Assembly: GCA_051362555.1 (NCBI GenBank)
Contig: CM120640.1
Span: forward strand, 54,600,788-54,664,787
Length of the DNA stretch: 64,000 nt
Direction: 5' to 3'
Source: Lingula anatina
Lineage: Eukaryota > Animalia > Brachiopoda
Made by a program: the position numbers and the translations under genes. This document shows positions 1-12,300 of this stretch, one piece after another. Within the stretch, counting starts at the first letter, position 1. Each line of letters starts with the position of its first letter. The notes under the pieces are model-generated. The model was not told the origin of the DNA. It saw nothing but the letters and a program-made list of their open reading frames with translations, and searched no databases.

Positions 1-150
1 TTATGTTCGTGACTTTATAGGTAGTAAGAAAAAGTGAAAGAATCGATATACAGTAGTAAAAAAAGTAGTATTTAACATTTAGTTATATGTATACCCACTT
101 TCATTTTCTATAACTACCTAACCAGTTATGGGTTTTTGTATATTATTCAG

Positions 151-2375
151 TTATGGAGTTCATTGGAGCAAAAAGCGGTCGGACAATCACTGGAATATCC
201 TTCAATGCCTTCTTTGCCGTGGGTTTTTGCACTCTTTCCTTTGCAGCATATTTCATTCGCTATTGGACTTGGTTACAACTTGCAATTTCGTTGCCAAGCA
301 TTTTCTTCCTGATTTATTTTTGGTAAGTTGAAGCTTGGAATGATAGATAAAAACGGTTATATTTAATAAAGCATTTACATACATTCGTCTTGAGGATATT
401 TCCCCTGATAACAATTATTTAAACGTAAAGAGAGAATTTTAGATAAAGCAAGTTAAAAACAAACTTGGTATTCTACAAATTAATTAGACTTATTTAAGAC
501 TAATATTATAATAATAATCTTCATTTCTTATACAGTGCATTCCGTTATAATAAATTGCAATGCACTTTACAGTTATATTATATTAAAATGTCATAAGTTA
601 CAATACTATAAAATGACAGAGCTTAGTTTGAAAGCTTAAAGAAAGGCAGTTTGTTCCATAATAACTGACATAATGCCCAGTACAAAACCCTTAACTGTGA
701 TTGGATTTGTCCACGAATCTCAACATGGCGATATATCACTTTGATAATGGAATGTGGGATTTGTGAGGTTGATATTAGTAATTTGGAGAGTGGGGGGGAA
801 TAGCCAAAATGCCAGAGCTATTTCCAATTTACTGAGTGTTTCTCGCCAATCTTATCTTGCAATTTATGTATCGGGCATTAAACATGTGTATCTATAGACA
901 TCTGCGATTTTTTACGTAGATTTTATGGAGTGAAAATTATAATGCTCAATCTATTACATGTTCAGACTGACGTTTTGAATGTAGAAATATTGCTCTTTGA
1001 ATTTGATATATCTGTAGGGACAAGGTCATTCCTGGCTCGGCAAGATGGTTTTTGCAAAATAAGAAGGAAGAACGTTCAAAGAGCATCATCAAAAAGGCGG
1101 CAAAAATGAACGGAAACCCAATCCCACAGAAAATAATAGACGAGGTAAACTTTAAATTGTCACTTTTGAAAATGCCAGGGATAAGATTGAAGGCAGATTG
1201 CTCGCAATAACACATTGGCCTATACATGTATACATACTTGTGTCAGCTTAAGCCAATAACCTATTAAATTTCAGATCTGCATGTTACCCAAAACATTGAC
1301 CTTTCTACGTCATTGCCAAATTCAGAACAGCGGACTAACTTGCCCACGGGTCAAATATGGCCGACCCACTTGAATACTTCGCCACGGGAAATCTATTCAG
1401 TGTCTAACAGATTAGACGGCAAGCTTTTTAGTCGGTCGCCATATTTGGCCCGCAGGCTAGTTAGTCCGCTGTTCTGAATGCTGCCTTAGTTATTAATGTT
1501 AAATTCGACGAAGAAGTGTTTCGCAAAGGTTTTACGTATTATCTTTTCAGCTAAAACCTGACGTTAAGCACAAGTCACACGTATTTAAAATGATGAATTA
1601 TCCACGGATGAGGAATAGAGGTTTCATAATATATTATAATTGGTATGTAAACTTATAAAAAGTAACACTTTGATATTTAATATTGTTAATTCGGTAGTCT
1701 TTATACATTATTTAAACTATAGTATGTCATTTCATTGACTGCAAAATTAGAACTTTCAAAATTATTAGTAGTTGAATTGTATTAAAATCAGTTTGCCACG
1801 TGTTCAAATGTGCATTTGTTACCGATTTAATCCTAGAGTAAAGCCTAGTTTTTCTACATGTAAATCTTACAGGTTCACCGTGAGTCTTGTATTCTATGGT
1901 CTATCCCTAAGCACTTCAGAACTTCCAGGAGACAACGATTTCTTGAATCTGTCTCTGTCTGGATTGGTAGAATTTCCTGGATTTCTTTTCTGCATTCTGT
2001 TGATGGACCGGTTAGGACGGCGTGCTTGCCTATGCATGAGCATGATCTTCTGCGGGGTGCCTTGTATAGTGGCTGCCGTTATACCCAAGGAAGCAGGTAA
2101 AGTACATCAGATATTACGTTATATGTGAATTACACTGAATTTTATAAAAATAATTTTTCCTTTAAATGATGGAAAATATGCATTATCTTTAACTTTAAAA
2201 TGACGTGGTGTTTGCGTTTTATATAAAATACCTACAGCTGCACACATGCACACACGAGGCGTCTGTTTATCACCACATTACATTATTCATTCACCTATCT
2301 GTCGTCCTATCTATCTATCAATTACCATGATTCAATTCACTGTTTACCTGTATTTAAACTGATCTTAAATAACTT

Positions 2376-2445
<70 letters not shown>

Positions 2446-3275
2446 CTGTTTGATAAATCTAATGAGCATTTTCACAAACTCGATGGACTTATTTTTATTA
2501 TTTCTAGGTTTAGATTGGTTAGTCATTACGCTGTCCATGATTGGCAAAGCCTTCTCTGGCGCATCCTTCGTCCTTGTGTACAACTACTCCGCTGAGGCAT
2601 TCCCGACTGTGATAAGGAATGGAGTGGTTGGAGTTAGTTCCATGTTTGCCCGTGTCGGAGGAATTCTTGCTCCTCTAGTTAATTTATTGGTATGTGTGTG
2701 TGAAAAGTTTTGTATAGATGTAAGTAAAACGTTTATAAGTTATTATTTAATCATCTTTAGACTACATGTGTTACTTCAATAACTACCGTGGCACAAAGAT
2801 GATTCTGTATCATTCAGGGTTCGTACACCTCCAAGCAAGTCCCGCCAATCGTTTTTGGGGTCTGCGCCTTAGTTGCCGGCCTTTTGGCCTTGTTGCTTCC
2901 AGAAACACTTGGCGTGCCAATGCCGGAAACCCTAGCACAAGGTGAAGCTTTTGGCACACCCGAATATTACAGGTATTATAGCATCACATCTGTAAAAGAA
3001 TATTTGGTTTGGTTTATTATTGTTTATCAAGATGGTTCTTAGAATTGGTGTAGACAACGATACCCTTATACTTTAGTAAGTTTTATTGAGCTTGGATTGT
3101 AAATGATGCTATTAAAAACTTCAAATAAATAAACACAAATTTGTCACAAGTCAAAAACATTCGTGTTGCAGATTTGAAAGGGAAGATCAACTCTTTTAAA
3201 CATTTGTCACTTTTTTCAAGCGTTTCCGGCGAAAAAGGTAACGGCTCAGCAAAGCAGCTGGAGAATGACAAGTAA
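151..3275 (+). CDS. SLC22/Orct-like organic cation/anion transporter, paralog 1 (5' part lies before the window); multi-exon
   Basis: GT-AG exons in consistent phase: 151-322, 1018-1144, 1551-1642, 1873-2096, 2508-2689, 2818-2972 and probable last exon 3221-3275 (stop TAA). They translate to MEFIGAKSGRT...[25 protein letters not shown]...GLVEFPG...[19 protein letters not shown]...ARVGGILAP and LLLPETLG, all typical SLC22/MFS motifs. Confidence 0.93.
1320..1485. mobile_element. ~165-bp MITE (family A, probably PIF/Harbinger-type), copy 1
   Basis: Terminal inverted repeat attcagaacagcggactaact...agttagtccgctgttctgaat; right end gcc followed by tta. Related copies at ~10360-10522 and ~31420-31585. 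Confidence 0.75.
2378..2442. repeat. (AT)n microsatellite
   Basis: Direct reading. Confidence 0.98.
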
Positions 3276-3450
3276 GTTGTTCTTAACAATTATGACGATT
3301 TAACTTGTACAAACCCCCTCAATGCTATAAGCACACATACACACGCTCGCATGCACGTACACTGTGTCCCTGTTACTTGGACGAGTTCATTTTCTGTATG
3401 CATTAAAAAACAACATTCATTATTCACTTTAAGTTATCAGTAGCTATATT

Positions 3451-3524
3451 ATATTTTCCTTCCAATATAATATAATATAATATAATATAATATAATATAA
3501 TATAATATATTTTCCTTCCAATAT
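3451..3524. repeat. (ATAAT)n array flanked by direct repeat atattttccttccaatat
   Basis: Direct reading. Confidence 0.85.
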
Positions 3525-4461
3525 TGCGTCCACACCTACATCAAGGACGCATGAAACCATATCTGATGTGTCCTACATGTAGGTTAAACATGTTCCCGAA
3601 CTGCATGATATATAACTATTACGATTGCCATAACCTTAGGGGGGAGGGAATACAAGCACTCCACGCACTGTCACCTTGTCTAATATCTCTGTAACGTTGC
3701 TATGCTAGGGACAAGATGGGGGAGACCAATGGATACGAAAGCGTAGCGCTGAAGGAAAGCGAAGGTCATGACTCCCCGTCCTCTGATGATGATCAAGCGC
3801 ACGACAACGTATGATGGGTCTTTGAAACATGGCCGACATTTGTTGGATAGTCTAAGGTTTAATTTCAACATTTCTTTTCACTTGTATTTTAAGCAGTAGA
3901 GTTATATCTTTAAAATATATTAACACATCACTTTACATCCAGTGTGCAAATTTACTTTTAGCTCAACTAGTAAACAAAATTTATTTTTGTCATAAAGCAT
4001 AATGGTGCCTTTTATATGTATACTAAGAGTATTTGCATTTGTTTCATACTAGTTGTAAACTAAATAGTTGCATTCTGCGGTTATTTAATTTTTAGTTCAT
4101 ATTGGACCAGAGTATATCTTTTATCTTTTCATTCAATAAATCAATAAATTAAAAAATAAATGTTTCTAGTTTGAATTCTTCTTATGAAGAGCATTTTTGA
4201 AGAAAGTTGAATAACTTTCAGTAAAAGCTACACATTTTCCATATAAGTAATATGATATATACATACTCTCATGATGGGACCATTTTTGGCAAAAAGTATC
4301 CTGAACTTGAAACTCTTGCAAAAGATCTTGCCAAAAGGCGGTTTCATATGTAGGCCTAAGCAGATAGTGTTCAAGCAGTCCGCACTGGACCGTGAGGGTC
4401 AGGGAAGAGAATTCTGACCAATGCGTCTTTATGCACAGGTTAATCGGATGTTAAGGGGATT

Positions 4462-7400
4462 TAGTCCAGGAAATTGGTGAAAAATTGTGCATTTTTTACC
4501 TACAAGCATGAAATTTGGCACACTTATGGACAATAAAATTCTAAGCAAATTTGGATATATGGGCATGTCTGAAAATTCCAAAATGGCCGTCAAATCCAAT
4601 ATGGCCACCAAAATACCTTTTCAAATTAAAACTTCAAGTACATAGTCTTCTAATGACTTAAAATATCATATAAAGGTTAGAAAACACCATGGTATGAATC
4701 CTTCAGGTGTATTAAATCCAAAATGGCCGCCAAAAGTAAAAAAAGCAGACCATTTATTCAAGATATCCATTTGAATGGGGAATTCATCAAGCACTTAAAA
4801 CTACAAGCATACAATTTGGCAGGTTTGTGGAAAATGAAATTCTGAGCAAGTTTGGATGTATGGGCATATCCTAAAATTTAAAAATGGCCTTCAAATCCAA
4901 GATGGCCTCCAAAAATACGGCTTCTAATTAAAACTTCAAGTATATAGTCTTTTAAGGGCGTAAATATCATACAAAGGTTAAAAAACACCACGGTATGAAT
5001 TCAGAATCAATATTTGCTTTTTTAGGTGTATTAAATCCAAAATGGCCGCCAATAGTAAAAAGCACTCTACTAATCCAAGATATCCAGCAGATTGGTTAAT
5101 TCATCAAAAACTACAAGCATGGCATTTGGTACAGTTGTAAAACAGGATTCCAAGCACTTTTGGATGTATGAGCATCTCTAAAAATTTCAATATATGGCCC
5201 CCAAATCCAATATAGCCGACACAAATACCCGTTCAAATTAAAACTTCAAGTATATATAATCTTAAGATAACATTTTATGGTTAGACAAGACTATGGTATG
5301 CATGAAGTATCAATATTTGATTCTGTAAGTGTATAGAAATCCAAAATGGCCTCCAAGATAAGAAAAACAGGCCACTCACAGCAGCGGTATGGTGAATTCA
5401 TCATGCACTTAAAACTACAAGCATGAAAATTGGCTCAATTGTACAGAACAGGATTCTAAGCAATTTGTTATATAGGGACATGTCTGAATATTCTGATATG
5501 GCCACTAAAACCCTTTTAAAGTAAAAAAAAGACTACTATATAATCTGACTGACAACAGTCTTTACTCTTTTTTGGTTTTTCGCTCCTTTAGTTACATTTA
5601 GACCCAAATGACCATAAAAAATGGAACAGGACTCCTTTTGGTCTAGTTGTGACACCACATGCAGCAATTCTATAAATGTCGAGGATATGAAAATGTCAAG
5701 GTATTTTCACGAATAAGTTTCAAATTAACGAAAGTTATTTTATCAAGTAAGTGTTGCACATTTTATGGGCGGTCAACCTTTTACTTTAGTAAATGGACAA
5801 TATCTCAACAGAGGATAACAGCTAGCTACACCGAAATTTCTACTTATTTGGTTAAATAATTTTCATTCATTAATGTGTGCCTAGCTTTACTAGTAGTTGT
5901 GTTTCCCTCAGCTTTCCCAGTATTTCCTTAAAGCTAAAGCTTCTACATGTAATCCACTTTCCCCAACAAAATACCAAGAGGCATTGGTCGTTTTTAACAC
6001 CAGAAAGCATCAGTTTACATGCATGAGGGTCAATAGGAATATGAAAGTGTGGTAGGGCATAGTAGTAGATGTAGGTTTCTAGTGTGAACCCTTATAGGAC
6101 CAGTCTTCCAATGCTTCTGACTCAGTTTACATGCATGACGGTCCATAGGAACATGAAAGTGTGGAAGGGCATATTAGTAGATGTAGGTTACTAGTGTGAA
6201 CCCTTATAGCACCAGTCTTCCAATGCTTCTGACTCCCCTCACCACAGTTAGCAACTGCACACATAACTACAAACAGATGTGGTAGGAGCTACCTGGTAGA
6301 TTTTGTAAGCTGGGTAAGTGAATACTCCTCATGGTTTCATTCTGGATTGTCCCACAGAGACAATGATGCCGGAAATCTCATGAATTTTTACCTTTCAAAG
6401 TCCATATTGCACTAATTTCTTGGTGTAATCCTCAGAATACATCGTTTTTTGAAGTTTTGTATGTATTAACTGTCTGGTTGATTTTAATTCTTTTATTTTC
6501 ATGTTCAGTTTTTTGAAAGTATAAGTTTGTAACTAAACAAGTTGCCAAATGATCAATTGAAAACCAAAGTTTGGCGCCTATCAGTGCTTCTTTTTTAGTG
6601 CACGAAGTGTGAAGTCTGCAATGCAACTCTTGGATACAGCACGTATCAACACCTGCCCTCTGTTTGGGGTACAGGTATTTCTTTGCTCATAAATTTTCAC
6701 TAAATTCTCGGTAGCCATTACTGCGAATGTACTAAAGCCAATTTTTTAAATAAGAAGCTTTTTTTAAATTTACTTTTGAAGCACAAGATAACATCATAAC
6801 ATTATCGAGTGCAAATGTGCCCCGCTTTTAGTACTTTACCAATGAAAAACACCAAATTGTTGAGACCTGTATGTTTGATTAGCTGTCATTTTTGTTATAT
6901 TTATGAGCATTTGATGAAGCGCCATGCACTGATCTAGCTGAAGAATCATAACCAACAGACAAAATTGGTACACCCCAAGTTTTTTTATATGTTATTCTGG
7001 TGTTTCTTTCACATTTTATGGATTTTGCACGATACTTTTTTTCTTAGAAAGGGGGAGTTACTCATGAGTGCCATATAAGAAGATTGCTAACTGGGAATTG
7101 ATCTAAATGAGAATCCAGAGCAAAAAGTCAAACTACTTATGTTGGTTTATCAAAAGAAGGACTGTTTTCAGTACAAAATAAATGTATCATGCTTGATGGC
7201 TTTTTAAAAACTCTGTAGAATAGCTCCTGCACAGGTAGGAATATGCTGATTATACAGGTAGTTTGCAAAGCCCACATGCCTATTCACGAGTGATTACAAT
7301 TCAATAGTTGTGGTCTGCTGACTTTTGGAGGCCATTTTGGAATTTTAAAACCTTAAGTGGCAGATACTGATACTTCATAAATACAATGGTATTTTCTAAC

Positions 7401-7940
7401 CATTAAATGATATTTTTATAAAAGACTATACAAATAACTTTCACCTTGAAAGGGTATTTTGGGGGCAATATTGAAATTGGCTGCCATATTGGAATTTTCA
7501 GACATGCCCCTATATCCAACGTTGCTTAGAATCATGTTCTACATAACTGTGCCAATTTTTATGCTTGTAATTGTTAGTGCTTGATGATTTTACAAAACTG
7601 CTGCATATTTTGCGTAAGTAAACTGCTTATTTTACTTTTGGAGGCCATTTTGGAATTCTATACACCTGTAGAAGCGGATATTGATAATTCATTCATAGCA
7701 TGATATTTTCCAGCTATAAAATGATATTCTAAACCATTTTAGGACTATATATTAGATGTTTTAATTTAAAAGAGTATTTGTGGCGGCCATATTGGATTTG
7801 GCGGCCATACTGGAATTTTCAGACATGCCCATATATCCAAAAAAGCTTAGAATTCCATTATCTACAACTGTGGCAAATTTCATGCTTGTAGGTAAAAAAC
7901 GCACAATTCACCCTTTTTTCTGCACCAATTTCTTGGACTA
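4462..7940. mobile_element. ~3.5-kb non-autonomous TIR DNA transposon (Academ-like) with subterminal tandem repeats
   Basis: Termini tagtccaggaaattggtg ... caccaatttcttggacta; 3-bp ATT on both sides (4459-4461, 7941-7943). ~300-bp subterminal units (ctacaagcatgaaatttggc...caaaatggccgcc) are repeated at the left end and inverted at the right end. There is an internal ~110-bp tandem duplication at ~6010-6235 and no intact ORF. The Academ assignment is inferred from the TAG..CTA ends and 3-bp TSD. Confidence 0.75.
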
Positions 7941-9314
7941 ATTTTAGCGTTACAAAGTATTGTTATTGCTATTATTTTTCATTCTTCTTTTCATACAAGT
8001 CAATCGAATCTAAACTGAACTTAAATATCGTCCTTCTTTTCTATGTAATGTTAATACATTTACCTTGTGCCCGTCCTTATAGCGTTTTAAAACATGAGCA
8101 GAAGTGATATTGATCTAATTTTAGCATATATATTAACATATAACAATGTTATAAGAAAAATTTTTAATTTCCTGTAAGCGAGTTTGTTGTTTACCGTACG
8201 CTTTGTAAATAAAATTCTCATCAGAAATCAAACAAACCATGTTTATTTATATATTTCGAATATAAGTCATTGCCCTCAGATTGATATGTTGTTATGCAAC
8301 AGTGGTTTGACGGAATAAAGGCACGAATATGTGTATGCAGAAAATTGCAAGATAATCTGGAGATGGCCTTCCTCGAGGGACGGCCCGAGACTGATTGGCA
8401 CAATATAACTGTCAAGGACTTCTGGTCCTTCAACATTTTTTTATTTTGCAAAGCAGAAAAGCTTTCGAACTAGCTCCGAGAAATTGACCACTGAATTGCA
8501 AAACGGATCAATTTTGAAAATACTGAGTAACGACTACCAGCCTCTCTAACTCTCCATGTTAATACACCCCACCTGTTCATTGTGCTGACCACTTCACTCA
8601 GAGACAATATTGTATATTGATTATGAAAACGATTCTTATATATGCAGCACTATTAATATTCCGAACAAGGTGTGTTTATTTTTGTTCGATCTTTAATCTG
8701 CGTTTTAAATATGTGAAATTGCGTTTTAAATATGTAAGGCGAAGTTAACAATGGGTATGAAGTGAAAAACCTGTTCAAAATTTCTTTCATGAGTATTTAG
8801 GCAAATGTTCCACACCCCACACCTACATTGAGTAATGAAATTATCAACGTTAATGACGTCTAGTATAGGGGGAATTTGCTGTTGTGTTGGCGATATCCCA
8901 CGGGAGCAAACTGTTGAGAGAGAAAAATGCTTTTAAAATCATTGTTTAAACAAATTTGATATGGAAAACGGTTATAACGTGCAATGTCACTTTACCAGTC
9001 ACTTAAAATGGACAAACGCGCTAGATAAAACTACGTATATACATGCATCTGTATCAATATACGTAGTGGACATTCCGAAGTTGAATAAACGGACCTGTAT
9101 TCGCTTCCATGTGAATTAGCAGGAATGGGTATAGATACCTTTGAAAACAGGCGGGCAATCTGTTATCTTATCAGTTATAAGTCCGGAAAATTTAGATAAA
9201 CAGAACAATGCAGATTTGTGGTTTGATCGGAGCAGTCAACCCTATTAGAGATTTTGCAGCAGACTACTTAAGTTATCGGCTTCTGATTGCCACGCATAAA
9301 AAACTGCAAAGAAA

Positions 9315-12300
9315 ATGAAGTTTGAAGAAATTATTCCACATTTGGGAGAATTTGGTAAATACCAGAAAACGCAACTGTTCCTGCTCTCGTTGCCGGTTTG
9401 GGTCACAGGAATGCACGCATTGGCGATGACATTCATAGCGGCTTCACAGGACTTTAGGTAAGCACAAAAACCTCCCAGAAACCTACAATAATAGTATTAG
9501 GGATTCACAACTCACGACGTCAAAAATCTCACGGAAATAATTAAGATATGTCACCTTAGGTGTTGAGAGTTGTACGTATATAGAAGCTTGGGTTCTTTCA
9601 TGCACTGAGTCAACAGTGGGAACTTTAACGATATAAACATACCAGTTGATGAACAGACGAGTACAGAAAATGAATCAGATGTGATGATGTGGGTCTTTCT
9701 GGGTGGTGTTGTGGGTTTTTTGGGTGGTTGTAGCTCCTATTCTTCTTGATAGAAAAAACTCTTTAACACTTCAGGTCTTGCCCGAGGGGCGTTTGTTTGA
9801 TAAGATGTGGATAAGGGTAACCGGAATTAATAACGCTCGTTAAAATTCATTCCAAAGATTGTAGAAGTTGTCCACTGGCAGAAAACGACGAGATGTCTAT
9901 TCTAAGGAAGTCTTATTCGATGTCCATTGGAACAAAAATTGGTTCCATCATATTTGCCTCCATATGGATGGTAACTATTGGACGTATTTTTACTTTTCAA
10001 AACTGCAGGTGCTTTATCCCAGGTTGGGATGATTATTCCAACAAAACTGGTCCCCTCAACTACTCCTTGATATTTCCTACTGATGAAGATGGGCAGTATG
10101 ACCGCTGTAATATGTATGCTGTCAACGTGACCAGAGGGGTGTGGTATACGATACCAGACAATACAACTGTCACAGTGCAGTGTAACCAATGGGTCTATGA
10201 CACGTCACAGTACAAGACGTCTGTTTTCTCTCAGGTAAATTATCATACTTAGCCCTGGTTTGGTTCGGCTTCTTCAACATACAATCACCAGGCAACCAGA
10301 TTATCCAATAAGTAATCAGAACACCCAGCAGTGGACCAATGAAAACGTTTAATAAAAAACGCATGCAAAACAACGGACTAACAATATCGCATATGGCCGA
10401 CCACTTGAATGCTTGTTGCGTAATCCCCCCGGGAAATCTATTCAATGTCTAATCGGGAATTAAGCTTTTAATCGGGTCGCCATATCTGATCCGCGGATCA
10501 GTTGGTCCGCTTTTCTGTATGCGCTCAAAGACAAGCATCCAATTCCACGGCAGTCCAGCAATCTGGTGCAGCTGGCAGCTCTTTGAGTGCTCTGAACTTT
10601 TGAACAGGATATTTTCTTGTATGTTTGATCAGTAATAATAGTAATAGTATCAGTAATAGACAGACAGACAGTCAATTGGTCTCAGTCTGAAAACAGTTCA
10701 GTGCATAAAATGAGTTAATGAACGGCTGCTCTGGTCTGCTGTTACACATGTGTGCACAGGATATAAAGACACTTTGCTGCATATTTGTTGTTTAAATATC
10801 TTATATACAGTATTTAAAACATTTTTTGTTTTGTTTAATAATACCAATGCAAATTCGATTTCTACATTTGTCCTGTTATACCCAACCATGTTATTTCTAT
10901 GTCTCCAGCTCAGCTGATGTCATTTTTAAATGTCATTTAAATAATATTAAATATCCCTGTTGTTCAATCTGAGAAAAAGTACAGCGAATGTAGTAGACAG
11001 TAATACCCCCGTCCCACTAGAGGCAGAATGAACAAGAATGTCGTCAGAAAGACAATTCTTTGTGCATTCCTGGATATCCAAAGAGCATTCTAAAAATTCC
11101 GAGTGCATTTCAAATAGTTTAACCCATTCTTGTGGTCGGCCTGAATGTTAAAAACTTTCGAAGTGCATTCCAAGTGGAAAATTATTGAATGGCATTTGAA
11201 TAGTATTCTAACTACACTATGACTGCATTTTAAATATTCTAACGGCATTCTGGCAACATTCGAAACATTCTGATCACATTCGAGGGATATTCGAACTGAC
11301 ACATGACTTAAGACCCCCGTCACACTTATTCGGAACCAGCAGGAATCAAGCTGAACCAGCCAGAATGAATTAATTGAAAAATTCGTGCCATAATCGGGAA
11401 AGAATTTCACATTGCAGTCAGAACATTCCAAATGAAATTCAAATGCCGTACGAGTGTGGTTTGACTGCTGGCCGAATACAGGCTGAAGTATGTAAGAAGG
11501 TGCCTCGAATGATATATGAAGCGAACTCAAATGCAGTCAACTGCTCCCGTTATGGCTGCCATGATGGTTTGAAATATAAAATAATGCAGCTGAATACCTA
11601 AAATACTTAATTAAAAATTACTTTGTAACATGTTTAGAATGTAACACGATGCCCAGAGTATAAATAACGCCACTGGAATGATAACTGATCATAATGTTTC
11701 GAATGCTGTCGGAATGCCGTGAGAATATTTAGAATGCAGTGATAGTGCAGTTAGAATACTGTTCAAATGCCATTCGATAATTTTCCACTTGAAATGCACT
11801 TCGAAAGTTTTTGACATGACAAAAACATTCAAGCCGGCCACAAGAATGGGTAAAAATATTTGGAATGCACTCGGAATTTTTAGAATGCTCTTCGAATAAC
11901 CTGGAATGCACAAAGAATTGTATTTTCGACACCATTCTTAATCATTCCGCCTCTAGTGTGACGGGGGTATAAAATCCCGCCAGAATGTTTCGAATGTGCC
12001 TCTGATGAGGTGAAATATTAATTTTGCCAGCAATCGAACTACACTAGTACGCCATTCAAAGTATATTCTAAATATTCTTACTGCCTTCTTACAGCATTAT
12101 AGATATTCCTAGTTTTCCAACTACATTCTAACTGCATTTGAGAGCTAAAACAGCCGAAAGTGCACTCATCATTCCAGGCGAATTCAAGCGCATTCTGAGT
12201 ATTCCAACGGTACTCTTACAATGATTAAGGTCAATTTAAATTTTTTTCCCGAATGTGGTGCGAATTTTTTTAATTCTTCATTCAGTCTCACTTAATTGGA

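Noticed and set aside
5900-7250. Possible transposase remnants inside the Academ-like element
   Set aside because: The frames I checked by hand are interrupted by stops and no diagnostic motif could be read with confidence; needs tBLASTx.
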